A stretch of DNA of 63,598 nt, the filler included, from Octopus bimaculoides (taxonomy: Eukaryota): the NCBI RefSeq assembly GCF_001194135.2. It is 4 parts of 3 records of this genome, joined end to end, with 100 filler letters (N's around TTAATTAATTAA, not from the genome) between each part and the next. Parts side by side here need not be neighbours in the genome. Positions count along the whole stretch, not along the records: positions 60,252 to 63,598 come from NW_026375260.1; 3 more parts are not named here. One strand, given 5' to 3'. The position numbers were made by a program, and so were the translations under genes. The notes below the pieces were generated by a model. It had not been told where the DNA came from, did no database searches, and was given only the letters and a program-made list of their open reading frames with translations. Of the stretch, positions 62,860 through 63,598 are shown piece by piece. Every line of letters starts with the position of its first letter. The stretch's first letter is position 1.

Positions 62860-63598
62860 TTAACTGTGCACTTTTTTAGGTCCACTTTTGGTGATCAGCC
62901 CGGGACCATTGCTTTTCATAGTGGCCCTCCCAGATATGCCCTCAACTGCCCGGATAGCCACCCATGCTAGCTACGCAGACGATACAAACATTTCGCAGAA
63001 AATACAGAACCCCAGTGATTTTGCACATCTGCAGCAGTAGTTGGTCTCAATTTACGGATGTGCTGAGTATAACAATATACAGCTCAATGCTGAAAATTTC
63101 CAAGCCCTGCGCTACCACTGTCCAAAACTGAAAATGAAACTTACAGGGTCCACTGGTCCACAGGGAATTACAATCCCAGAGCCTAAATCTGTAAGGGACC
63201 TAGGTATCGACATGAGTGATGATACCTCTTTCCAAGTGCACATTACCAGGACGGCGACATAGTGCAGACGACTGGCTGGGTGGATCCTGAGAACATTCAG
63301 AACCAGAGATAAGGAAACCTTGATGGTCCTCTGAAGGATAGCCGTTCTCAGCCGCTTGGATTACTGCTCCCAGCTATGGTCACCAACAGTGTAAAATTAA
63401 CAGCGATCCTTGAAGCAATCTAGCGAAGTTTCATAAAGAAGATCATTTCTTGGCAACAGCTCAGCTACTGGGAAAGGCTGATCCAGCTAAGACTCTACTG
63501 CCTGGAGAGAAAAGGCGGGAGAGGTGTGCAGTAATATACATCTGGGACATCCTGGAAGGAATTGTGCCAAATTTTGGCATCGAAAGCTACACCAATGC
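62860..63598 (+). mobile_element. CR1/L2-type LINE RT C-terminal fragment running off the window
   Basis: PGPLLFIVAL.DMP, YADDTNISQKI, VRDLGIDMSDD and WILRTFRTRDKE. Confidence 0.85.

Noticed and set aside
1-63598. CRISPR array, rRNA or prokaryotic operon
   Set aside because: No regular repeat-spacer array or rRNA-like sequence. The window is spliceosomal-intron animal DNA.

Overview
AT-rich, microsatellite- and SINE-dense animal DNA with many assembly gaps. The SINE/LINE landscape looks like a coleoid cephalopod, probably Octopus (inference). The one clearly recognisable gene is a KAT6A/KAT6B (MOZ/MORF) histone acetyltransferase on the + strand: five phase-compatible coding exons at 37260-45632 encode the SAMD1-like winged-helix, H15 and double-PHD domains. 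The MYST domain is not visible in the window. Three artificial 100-bp joins (44 N + TTAATTAATTAA + 44 N) split the window into four blocks, so adjacency across them is unproven. The most interesting unexplained element is an intronless 384-codon ORF (48349-49503) with a death-fold-like N-terminal region and a possible C-terminal membrane anchor. A 117-codon uORF lies in frame with KAT6 and ends in a single UAG 9 nt before the KAT6 ATG. There is also a decaying multi-exon gene of unknown identity at about 4.1-9.3 kb and a YY1-rich promoter-like region at about 20.5-21 kb. The rest is hAT, Tigger/pogo, RTE and CR1-type element remnants, MITEs and SINEs.
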